Positions 1-6,689 of a DNA stretch of 24,000 nucleotides are shown here, piece by piece. The position numbers were made by a program, and so were the translations under genes. Below the pieces are notes generated by a model that did not search any database, had not been told where the DNA came from, and was given only the letters and a program-made list of their open reading frames with translations. Location: contig NZ_AP024233.1 in assembly GCF_025998535.1 (NCBI RefSeq), forward strand, positions 880,217 to 904,216, in the 5' to 3' direction. Position 1 is the first letter of the stretch. Every line of letters begins with the position of its first letter. Source of the DNA: Desulfolithobacter dissulfuricans (GTDB taxonomy: Bacteria; Desulfobacterota; Desulfobulbia; Desulfobulbales; Desulfobulbaceae).

Positions 1-99
1 TTCGCCATCCTGCGCAACAAGCTCAACTGGGGCGGTCGGGACGAGGGTTTCCCGCTGCCGGACATGGTACGGAAAAACAGACGGGATAGCGGGGAATAA
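1..99 (+). CDS. 3' end of an unidentified CDS entering from the left window edge (...FAILRNKLNWGGRDEGFPLPDMVRKNRRDSGE*)
   Basis: Frame 1 is open from base 1 to TAA at 97-99. Third codon positions are strongly G/C biased, as in the confidently called genes. It is convergent with the regulator gene ending at 125. The fragment is too short to name. Confidence 0.4.
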   Translation, partial: FAILRNKLNWGGRDEGFPLPDMVRKNRRDSGE

Positions 100-124
100 C
101 CCATCCCGCCAGCGGGTAACTGCT

Positions 125-1519
125 CTACTGCTTTTTCTTGCGCTGCAGCTTGTACTTTTTCATCTTGTACTGGAGCAGGCTCTTGGTGATACCCAGCTTT
201 TCAGCGGCCCGGGCCTGGACATTGCCCGCGTCCTCCAGGGCCTGGCGTACCAGTTTCTCCTCAATGCCGGAGAGGATTTCCGACAGGCTCAGGTCCTCGG
301 GGATAAACTGGTTCAGGTCGAGACTCGAACTCCACTCCGAGACATTGGTCAGGTCCGATGAGTCGGGCTGGACGTCCTCGGCCTCGATGCGGTCGTTGCT
401 GCACAGGATGGCGGCCCGCTCGATGGTGTTTTCCAACTCGCGCACATTGCCTTCCCAGGGCAGGCTGACCAGGAGCCGCAGGGCTTCCGGTGAGATATCG
501 AGCCGTTCTTTACCCAGCCGGGCCGCATTTTTCTTGAGAAAATGGCTGACCAGCTCCGGAATGTCGTCCACCCGTTCGCGCAGGGGCGGCAGGTGAATAT
601 GGATCACGTTGAGCCGGTAATAGAGATCTTCTCTGAAGTTACCCTTTTCCACCTCGTCCTTCAGGTCCTTGTTGGTCGCAGCCAGGACCCGGACATCCAC
701 TTCCAGGGTGGTGCTGCCGCCCACCCGCTCGAAACTTCGTTCCTGCAGGACCCGCAACAGCTTGGCCTGCAGGCTGGGAGGCATTTCGCCTATCTCGTCC
801 AGGAACAGGGTACCTCCGTCGGCCAGTTCAAAGCGTCCCTTACGCATGGTGATGGCGTCGGTGAAGGCTCCCTTTTCATGACCGAACAGTTCGCTTTCCA
901 GCAGGTTGCTGGCCAGGGCCGCACAGTTGACCGAAACAAAAGGCATGTCTTTTCGCGGGCTCAGGTTGTGGATGGCCCGGGCCACCAGTTCCTTGCCCGT
1001 GCCTGACTCGCCGGTGATCAGTACCGACGAGGGAGTGGGCGCCACCTTTTCGATCAGCTGGTAGATGGCCCGCATGGAGGGGTTTTTGCCGATCATGCCG
1101 CCGAACCCCGACTTCGGGGTGACCTCGCTGCGCAGCCTTTTGATTTCCCGTACCAGGCCGTAATGTTCGATGGCCTTGTTGACCGCGGCCAGCAGCTGTT
1201 CGTTGGAAAAGGGCTTGGCCAGATAGGTAAAGGCGCCCAGCCGCATGGCCTCCACGGCCTTTTCCACCTCGGCATAGGCCGTGATCAGGATCACCGGCAG
1301 ATCCTTGTTCAGTTCCTTGATTTTGGCCAGAAACTCGATGCCGTCCATACCCGGCATCTTCATGTCGGAGATGACCAGGTCCAGGTCGGTATCCCGGATA
1401 ATGGGTAATCCCTCAATGCCGGAATCGGCGGTGAAAACCTCGTGGCCTTCGTCCCGCAACAGTTCGGAGAGAACGATCTGGTAGTTGGGTTCGTCGTCGA
1501 CAATCAAAATGGTGTGCAT
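125..1519 (-). CDS. Sigma-54-dependent Fis-family response regulator (NtrC/AtoC class: REC + AAA+ + HTH)
   Basis: The N-terminus has a receiver domain ([11 protein letters not shown]...[14 protein letters not shown]). The central AAA+ domain has Walker A GESGTGKE, the sigma-54 contact loop region [15 protein letters not shown] (a GAFTGA variant) and LFLDEIGEM. The C-terminus has a Fis-type HTH ([21 protein letters not shown]). Confidence 0.95.
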   Translation of the reverse strand: MHTILIVDDEPNYQIVLSELLRDEGHEVFTADSGIEGLPIIRDTDLDLVISDMKMPGMDGIEFLAKIKELNKDLPVILITAYAEVEKAVEAMRLGAFTYLAKPFSNEQLLAAVNKAIEHYGLVREIKRLRSEVTPKSGFGGMIGKNPSMRAIYQLIEKVAPTPSSVLITGESGTGKELVARAIHNLSPRKDMPFVSVNCAALASNLLESELFGHEKGAFTDAITMRKGRFELADGGTLFLDEIGEMPPSLQAKLLRVLQERSFERVGGSTTLEVDVRVLAATNKDLKDEVEKGNFREDLYYRLNVIHIHLPPLRERVDDIPELVSHFLKKNAARLGKERLDISPEALRLLVSLPWEGNVRELENTIERAAILCSNDRIEAEDVQPDSSDLTNVSEWSSSLDLNQFIPEDLSLSEILSGIEEKLVRQALEDAGNVQARAAEKLGITKSLLQYKMKKYKLQRKKKQ

Positions 1520-1616
1520 GGTATCATCCGGGCCCCAGTCTCTGTTCCGGGGTAACGCTGTGGTTTTGTTTGTTCTTTAGGCCGCCTTGGAAACTTCTGA
1601 TTTTTCAAGGTACCCT

Positions 1617-2468
1617 TTATGGAGTTGCGGCGGCAAAGAGTCGTCTTTCCAGTTCCGCCAGCAGGCTGTAGGGTGGGCAGAAGCCGTCTTTGCCGGCCAG
1701 GTTGCTGCCCGGCCGGTTGCCGCCATGGTAATCGCTGCCACCGGTTATCAGCAGGTCAAACCGGTGGGCCAGCCGGGTCAGCTCTTTCTGGATTTTTTTT
1801 CCATGGCCGGGATAGACCACTTCGAGTCCGTCCAGGCCCCGTTCCACCAGTTCGCGAATCAGCAGCGGCTGTATGCGTATCCGGGCGTCGATCTGACCCG
1901 GGTGGGCCAGGACCGCCACCCCGCCCGCCTCGTGGATCATGGAGATGGTCTCAGCGGCCGTGTAGGCAAAGCGGGCACACCAGGCGGGCCTGCCCCGGCG
2001 CAGATACTGGCTAAAGGCCTGGTCCATGGTTCTGACCACTCCCTTTTCCATCAGCAGCCTGGCGATATGGGGCCGGCCGGTCTGGCCGCAAAAGGAGAAA
2101 TGGTCCAGTTCCCGGTCTTCTATTTTCAGTCCCAGCTCCCGCAGTTTGAGGAGAATTTTCCGGTTGCGTTCGATCCGTCCCTGTTGAACCCGGTCAAGCC
2201 AGCTGTGCAGGGAATCACAGCTTGTGTCCAGGCCATATCCCAGGATATGGAGGGAGAATCCGCGGTGCTGGGCACTGATTTCGATACCGGCTATGGTCTT
2301 GACATGGTGTCTTTTTCCCGCCTCCATAAACGGTTCGATCCCGTCCACCGTGTCATGATCGGTCAGGGCAATGCCACCGAGATTGCGCTCTGCGGCCATC
2401 TGGACAAGCTCTTCGGGGGTGGCGGTGCCATCGGAGAAAGTGGAGTGGAGGTGGAGGTCAATACACAT
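1617..2468 (-). CDS. PHP-domain metal-dependent phosphoesterase (TrpH/YciV-like)
   Basis: The N-terminus MCIDLHLHSTFSDGTATPEEL...IALTDHDTVDG is the canonical PHP His/Asp metal motif. The 283-aa length is typical of the TrpH/YciV family. Confidence 0.88.
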   Translation of the reverse strand: MCIDLHLHSTFSDGTATPEELVQMAAERNLGGIALTDHDTVDGIEPFMEAGKRHHVKTIAGIEISAQHRGFSLHILGYGLDTSCDSLHSWLDRVQQGRIERNRKILLKLRELGLKIEDRELDHFSFCGQTGRPHIARLLMEKGVVRTMDQAFSQYLRRGRPAWCARFAYTAAETISMIHEAGGVAVLAHPGQIDARIRIQPLLIRELVERGLDGLEVVYPGHGKKIQKELTRLAHRFDLLITGGSDYHGGNRPGSNLAGKDGFCPPYSLLAELERRLFAAATP

Positions 2469-2643
2469 GGTATCTCAAAAAGTTACGGTTGGCAGCTTGT
2501 GCCCATGGCAGCACTGCGTATCACTGCTAATCTAATCATGACGCCAGGTTAATGCAATCAACTAATGAAAAGGGCGGGGTGTGATGACAACCTGGGAAAA
2601 ATGCTTATTGTGATGCTCAAAAGAGGATTTGCAATCCATAACC

Positions 2644-2659
2644 GGGCACTGTCTTTGCG
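2644..2659 (+). promoter_or_regulatory. Candidate sigma-54 (-24/-12) promoter upstream of the thioredoxin gene
   Basis: The sequence gGGCAC-TGTCT-TTGCg matches the consensus TGGCAC-N5-TTGCW. The invariant GG and GC are 12 nt apart, which is the correct spacing. It lies about 90 nt upstream of the ATG at 2748 in the divergent intergenic region. This is a single-site match only. Confidence 0.45.
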
Positions 2660-2747
2660 GCTCGAAACAGTCAGGTACCTGTCGAGCCAACTGATTTAAA
2701 GAGGATTTCGACGTCATGGATTTATGACAGGAACAGGAGGTGAAATC

Positions 2748-3188
2748 ATGCCAGATACCATAGTGGTCTGCCCTGCGTGCGGGGCGAAAAACAGGATTCC
2801 AGCCGCCAAGGCCCATCTCAGACCCAAATGCGGCCGATGCGGCCAGCCGCTGCCGGCGGGTGCGGCTGGCACCGTGGTCGAGCTTGGCGACCATAACTTC
2901 CAGCAGGTGACCGCGGGTTCATCGCTGCCGGTTCTGGTGGATTTTTATTCCCCGACCTGCGGGCCATGCCAGATGCTGGCGCCGGTCATCGACAACATTG
3001 CCCGGAACTACGCCGGCCGGGCCATTGTCGGCAAGCTCGACACCAGCCGCCATCAGATGACCGCGTCCCGGTTCCAGATCCGCGGGGTGCCCACCCTGCT
3101 GTTCTTCAAAAACGGCCAGGTGGTGGATCAACTGGTGGGCGCTGTGCCCCAGCAGGAGATCGAACAGCGGCTCAACGTTTTGCTCTGA
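2748..3188 (+). CDS. trxC: Thioredoxin 2-type thioredoxin with N-terminal zinc-finger extension
   Basis: The N-terminus CPACGAKNRIP...KCGRCGQPL has two CxxC pairs, as in E. coli TrxC (CTHCQAINRIP...KCGRCGHDL). It is followed by a thioredoxin fold with redox motif TCGPC and a C-terminal FKNGQVVDQLVGAVP. The start at 2748 is preferred over 2724 because AGGAGG lies 7 nt upstream of 2748. Confidence 0.92.
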   Translation: MPDTIVVCPACGAKNRIPAAKAHLRPKCGRCGQPLPAGAAGTVVELGDHNFQQVTAGSSLPVLVDFYSPTCGPCQMLAPVIDNIARNYAGRAIVGKLDTSRHQMTASRFQIRGVPTLLFFKNGQVVDQLVGAVPQQEIEQRLNVLL

Positions 3189-3195
3189 TCCCCGT

Positions 3196-3231
3196 GGTCC
3201 GGTTCGGAGTTTTCCGGACCGGGCTTTTTTT
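3196..3231 (+). terminator. Rho-independent terminator after trxC
   Basis: The stem GGTCCGG (3196-3202) pairs with CCGGACC (3214-3220). It is followed by GGGC and a T7 run (3225-3231), a few nt after the trxC stop. Confidence 0.8.
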
Positions 3232-3356
3232 ACTTCTGTCGGGTCATGGAGGGGAGCAGGAGGAAAAAGTTCTTCAGTTTCACGCAATTCCTGCCGAAAG
3301 AGATAACAGTCCAGCAATCTCCATCATTTTTTAAAGCCTCTACAGGTCAGGGCGCT

Positions 3357-4040
3357 ATGTCTGTTATGCGAATCTTTCCCCTTGTTGTTCTGTTGTTTCT
3401 TTTCGGCTGCAGCCATACTCCTCAGCCGGTCGGGTATCCTGCTACCGAGCAGCGTAAAATGCAGGCGGTCCATCACTGGGATGTCCTGGCGTTGGATGTG
3501 GCCAACGAGATCAACAACGAGTTAATCCGGCAGGGATACCTTGAAACGCCGGTTTATGTCCGCTCCCCCGGCTCCGGCGAGCGGCAAGGTGATCTCTCCG
3601 GCGCCGCACCCTTTGACGAGGCATTTCACGATCTCCTGGTAACGAGACTGGTCCAGTTCGGAGTGCCGACACTGAACAGCCCGGGACAAAACGGCCTGGT
3701 GGTGGAATACAAGGTCCAGGTGATCAATCACCGGGACAGCGGCAATATAAGTCAGAAGGTCTGGCCCGGGATGCTGACATTGCTCGGCAGCGGTATCACT
3801 GTTCTCCGGTATGTTCCGTCCGACTATCTTGCTCTGCTGGGTTCGATGTTCGCCGACGTCGCCACCTCCACCTACGAGAATACCGGCAGGTACGAAGTGG
3901 TCATTTCCACGTCCATCGTCAGCGACGACCGGTATCTCATGCACCGCTCCGATATCTACTACATCGACGACCCGGATTTCTGGCAGTATCAGGCAGCTCC
4001 GCCGGCCACTGAAATCGAGTTGATCAGCGCCCAGAGGTAA
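3357..4040 (+). CDS. Hypothetical lipoprotein (about 227 aa)
   Basis: The internal start MSVMRIFPLVVLLFLFGC gives a signal peptide plus lipobox (LFG-C). The ORF-track start at 3246 adds 37 residues that do not look like a signal peptide. I recognised no family. Confidence 0.7.
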   Translation: MSVMRIFPLVVLLFLFGCSHTPQPVGYPATEQRKMQAVHHWDVLALDVANEINNELIRQGYLETPVYVRSPGSGERQGDLSGAAPFDEAFHDLLVTRLVQFGVPTLNSPGQNGLVVEYKVQVINHRDSGNISQKVWPGMLTLLGSGITVLRYVPSDYLALLGSMFADVATSTYENTGRYEVVISTSIVSDDRYLMHRSDIYYIDDPDFWQYQAAPPATEIELISAQR

Positions 4041-4046
4041 GGTATC

Positions 4047-4688
4047 ATGGTCCCCAAGATGATATGGTTGCGGCGGATGAAACGAAAGGGATGGCTGCTC
4101 GTCGGAGTGGGCCTGCTGATGCTTGCCGGTGGCTGCAGCAAGTTGAACTGTACGCCATTTGAACAGGTTCTGGGATCTGGAATTGATCTTGTCGGCCTGG
4201 GGCGGGAGATCAGCGATGCCCTGATATCGGGTGCCTCTCCTCCTCTGCATCCACGCCAGCCCATCCTGGTCACAACCATTGTTGACAACAATAACCTGGA
4301 ACAGACCTCATCCTTTGGCCGCAGTCTGCAGAATCACCTGGCCTCCGGTTTCGTCCGCCGGGGTTTCACGGTCCGGGAGCTCAAGCTCCGCAACAACCTG
4401 CTGGTCCGTTCCGGGGCCGGGGAATTCATGCTGTCGCGTGACCTGGAAACGCTTTCCCGCAAACAGCAGGCCCAGGCCGTGGTGGTGGGAACCTACACTC
4501 TGAGCAACCGGCTTCTGTACCTGTCGGTCCACCTGGTCCGCCCCACCGACCGGACCATTCTCGCCACCTGGGACAGACGGCTGTGTCTGGATGAGAATAC
4601 CCTGCGGATGCTGGGCTTTGAATTCCAGGACATGGAGGAGATCACTCCGCCGTCCCGCTCCCTGCTGGACAGGATTCTCTATTTCTGA
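4047..4688 (+). CDS. Lipoprotein, FlgO-like domain (tentative family call)
   Basis: The N-terminus is a signal peptide with lipobox (LLVGVGLLMLAGGC). The body (ILVTTIVDNNNLEQTSSFGRSLQNHLASGFVRRGFTVRELKLR...GEFMLSRDLETLSRKQQAQAVVVGTYTLSNRLLYLSVHLVRPTDRTILA) resembles the FlgO/LpoB-type lipoprotein pattern as I remember it. GAGG lies upstream of the ATG, and the gap to the previous gene is 6 nt. Confidence 0.75.
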   Translation: MVPKMIWLRRMKRKGWLLVGVGLLMLAGGCSKLNCTPFEQVLGSGIDLVGLGREISDALISGASPPLHPRQPILVTTIVDNNNLEQTSSFGRSLQNHLASGFVRRGFTVRELKLRNNLLVRSGAGEFMLSRDLETLSRKQQAQAVVVGTYTLSNRLLYLSVHLVRPTDRTILATWDRRLCLDENTLRMLGFEFQDMEEITPPSRSLLDRILYF

Positions 4689-4698
4689 CGGATGTCTC

Positions 4699-5007
4699 GT
4701 GTCGCTTGTTAATATTGACTCCCTGCGGACCCATGTATTGCGCCTCCTTGGCAGGATGGCACCCCCGGGTGGCATCGAACTGATGTCTTACAAGCGGAAC
4801 CGTACTGTTGCCCTGATCTGTCGTGAAAACGGCCGGGTTCTTGTCCGGGAACGGGGGTATGTGGAACAGGAAATGGAAGTCGCCCCCGATGATCTGCCAC
4901 GGCTGCTCAAGACGCTTATCAAGCGGGAGTTCCCGCGGAGCCGCAAGGTCCGGGTCCATAAGTTTGCCGATCCCGTGGAACTGGAACGGATCCACCAGAA
5001 GATCTGA
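4699..5007 (+). CDS. Small hypothetical protein (start uncertain: GTG 4699, ATG 4756 or ATG 4783)
   Basis: The frame is open through to TGA at 5005-5007. The ORF-track start at 4591 would overlap the preceding gene by about 100 nt, so a start after 4688 is preferred. The sequence ...MSYKRNRTVALICRENGRVLVRERGYVEQEMEVAPDDLPRLLKTLIKREF... is protein-like but unrecognised. Confidence 0.5.
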   Translation: MSLVNIDSLRTHVLRLLGRMAPPGGIELMSYKRNRTVALICRENGRVLVRERGYVEQEMEVAPDDLPRLLKTLIKREFPRSRKVRVHKFADPVELERIHQKI

Positions 5008-5008
5008 T

Positions 5009-5242
5009 ATGCTCATTATCCGCTGCGCTGCCTGTAAGCGAAAACTCTGGCGTTATGACAAGATCGGGCCCGGTGAGGTCCTTCGCTGTCACAAGGACCG
5101 GATAAAAAAAATCTTCGGAGCCCAAATCCGTGATGGCCGGGTGTACTGCAGCTGTGGTAAGGATATCGGCATCGACAAGGGCAGCTTCTACAAGATGATT
5201 GCCAAGGCCTTCACCTACAGGGGTACCAAACGCAACAGCTGA
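5009..5242 (+). CDS. Small Cys-rich (zinc-ribbon-like) hypothetical protein, 77 aa
   Basis: The protein begins MLIIRCAACKRKLWRYDKIGPGEVLRCHKDRIKKIFGAQIRDGRVYCSCGKD..., with CxxC ... CH ... CxC spacing. Its ATG sits in TGATATG, directly abutting the previous stop, which suggests translational coupling. The ORF-track start at 4823 overlaps the previous gene and is rejected. Confidence 0.6.
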   Translation: MLIIRCAACKRKLWRYDKIGPGEVLRCHKDRIKKIFGAQIRDGRVYCSCGKDIGIDKGSFYKMIAKAFTYRGTKRNS

Positions 5243-5268
5243 ACTGTTGCCGGGCCCGGAGAATTACC

Positions 5269-6177
5269 ATGGGTTTTTCCTTTCGGGAAAGTCTGCGCGC
5301 CGCCCTGCGCAGTGGCTTCCTCATCCTCAAACTGATCATTCCCCTCTATATTCTCGCCGACATTCTGCTCTACTTCGACCTTCTGCGGCACATCACCTTT
5401 CTCTTTGCGCCGGTGACCTCGGTCCTGCAGCTGCCCGCCGAGGCGGCCATGGCCATAGCCGGAGGCGTGTTCCTCAACCTGTACGCGGCCATTGCCTTTG
5501 CCGCTCCCCTGGGGCTGAGTCCCTACCAGTGGACCATCCTGGCGGTTTTTCTTGGCGTCTGCCATTCCCTCCCCGTGGAATCGGCGGTGATGAGGAAACT
5601 GGGCGTGGCCTACTGGTACTCGGCCCTGCTCAGGGTCATCATGGCCTTTGTCAGTGTCGGGCCGGTGATGCTGATGCCGGATTCCTTTTTCGGGGATCAG
5701 GCAACCTCCGGCCCGGTGACCCTGGCCCGGTACGACAGTTTCCTGCAGATGCTCAGGGGATCGCTTGGCGGATCGCTGCTCCTGTCCCTTAAGATCATCG
5801 GTCTTATTACCCTGATCATCTTTGTCATGGACTGGGTGAAATCCACCCGGTTCATGCAGGAGTATACCCGAAAGGTCAATACTTCCTTTTCCATCATTGT
5901 CGGCCAGCTGCTTGGTATCACCTATGGGGCCGGTATCCTGATCCGGGAGGTCAACGATGGTCACCTGAGCCGGGAGAATGTCTTCTATATCGCCACATTT
6001 CTCATGATCTGCCACTCTATCATCGAGGATGCCCTGCTCTTTGTCCTCTTTGGCGCCAGTTACTGGGTCATTGTCACGGTCCGCCTCATCGCTGCCTTTC
6101 TCTTCAGTTTTGTCCTTCTGCGGCTCTTTGACCGCCGGCTTGTACCCCACCAGACGGTCGAGTCCATTCCCCGCTGA
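5269..6177 (+). CDS. Polytopic membrane protein with nucleoside-recognition (Gate) domains, similar to the FeoB membrane domain or SpmA/B
   Basis: This 302-aa protein is strongly hydrophobic with multiple predicted TM segments. The N-terminal pattern LKLIIPLYILADILLYFDLL...LPAEAAMAIAGGVFLNLYAAIA is typical of Gate-domain proteins. GGAGA lies upstream of the ATG. Confidence 0.8.
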   Translation: MGFSFRESLRAALRSGFLILKLIIPLYILADILLYFDLLRHITFLFAPVTSVLQLPAEAAMAIAGGVFLNLYAAIAFAAPLGLSPYQWTILAVFLGVCHSLPVESAVMRKLGVAYWYSALLRVIMAFVSVGPVMLMPDSFFGDQATSGPVTLARYDSFLQMLRGSLGGSLLLSLKIIGLITLIIFVMDWVKSTRFMQEYTRKVNTSFSIIVGQLLGITYGAGILIREVNDGHLSRENVFYIATFLMICHSIIEDALLFVLFGASYWVIVTVRLIAAFLFSFVLLRLFDRRLVPHQTVESIPR

Positions 6178-6413
6178 CTTTCAGGAACGATTGTCCGGCG
6201 CATGGCCCCTTGCTCCGCACTCTCCCTCAGGTCTTGCCGGTAACCTGCTATCCATTCCGGTCGGCGGCCTTTATCATCGGAGTTCTTCAGCCTCTTGAAT
6301 CCGCTACGCGCAACCATGTTGTGGCGGGTATGGTGTATCTGGTCACAGGGTACGCACCAGATCGATATTTAAAGGGAAAAAATGTAACTCGCCTCAGGTG
6401 CCCCAGATTCGCG

Positions 6414-6541
6414 GTCTCCCTCCGGTCGCTTCGCTGTGCAGTCGTGGCTGTCCGCTATAACAGCGTAACAGCGAAGCGGTGTCTGGTGTCACCCTCTATG
6501 CGGACAGCCGCGACCGTGCAGATAAGCGACCGGAGGGAGAC
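6414..6541. repeat. 128-bp imperfect palindrome (long hairpin-forming element) of unknown function
   Basis: The arms 6415-6455 and 6500-6540 are reverse complements at 35 of 41 positions. The outer block is a perfect 17 bp (TCTCCCTCCGGTCGCTT / AAGCGACCGGAGGGAGA) and the inner block is a perfect 10 bp, 14 bp if one G-U wobble is allowed (inner core GGCTGTCCGC / GCGGACAGCC). The 44-nt apex contains a tandem TAACAGCG x2. See the findings section. Confidence 0.8.
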
Positions 6542-6689
6542 TTCGAAGATGGGGTGGCTGTGATGAGTTACGGTATGGTTGCGGCGGAACTGGCTTGAGG
6601 ACAATGCTTGCAGGCCAAGGCTCGGCAGGGAGAGAAAAAGAACAATTGTTGTTGGATTGGTACTCCTGTTTTGTGCTATTATCAAAGGT

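Noticed and set aside
6210-6563. A 117-aa plus-strand ORF covering the gap upstream of the cyclase gene.
   Set aside because: It reads straight through both arms of the 128-bp palindrome. It has no RBS and no recognisable motif, and its third-position GC is lower than in real genes. The nucleotide-level symmetry explains the region better than coding does.
6384-6571. The idea that the long hairpin is a 6S RNA, tRNA, tmRNA, RNase P RNA or a retron msr/msd.
   Set aside because: None of the diagnostic sequence signatures is present: no T-loop GGTTCGAATCC, no RNase P GAGGAAAGTCC and no tmRNA tag frame. The closing stem plus large central bubble expected of 6S RNA is only weakly reproducible (a 7-bp outer stem). 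No reverse transcriptase gene is nearby, which argues against a retron. I left it as an element of unknown function.
6579-6689. The TTG start at 6579 for the diguanylate cyclase, as given in the ORF track.
   Set aside because: This stretch has markedly lower third-position GC (about 50%). It would also add a second N-terminal hydrophobic segment, which would put the three solute-binding domains on the wrong side of the membrane. ATG 6690 or GTG 6723 is topologically consistent.
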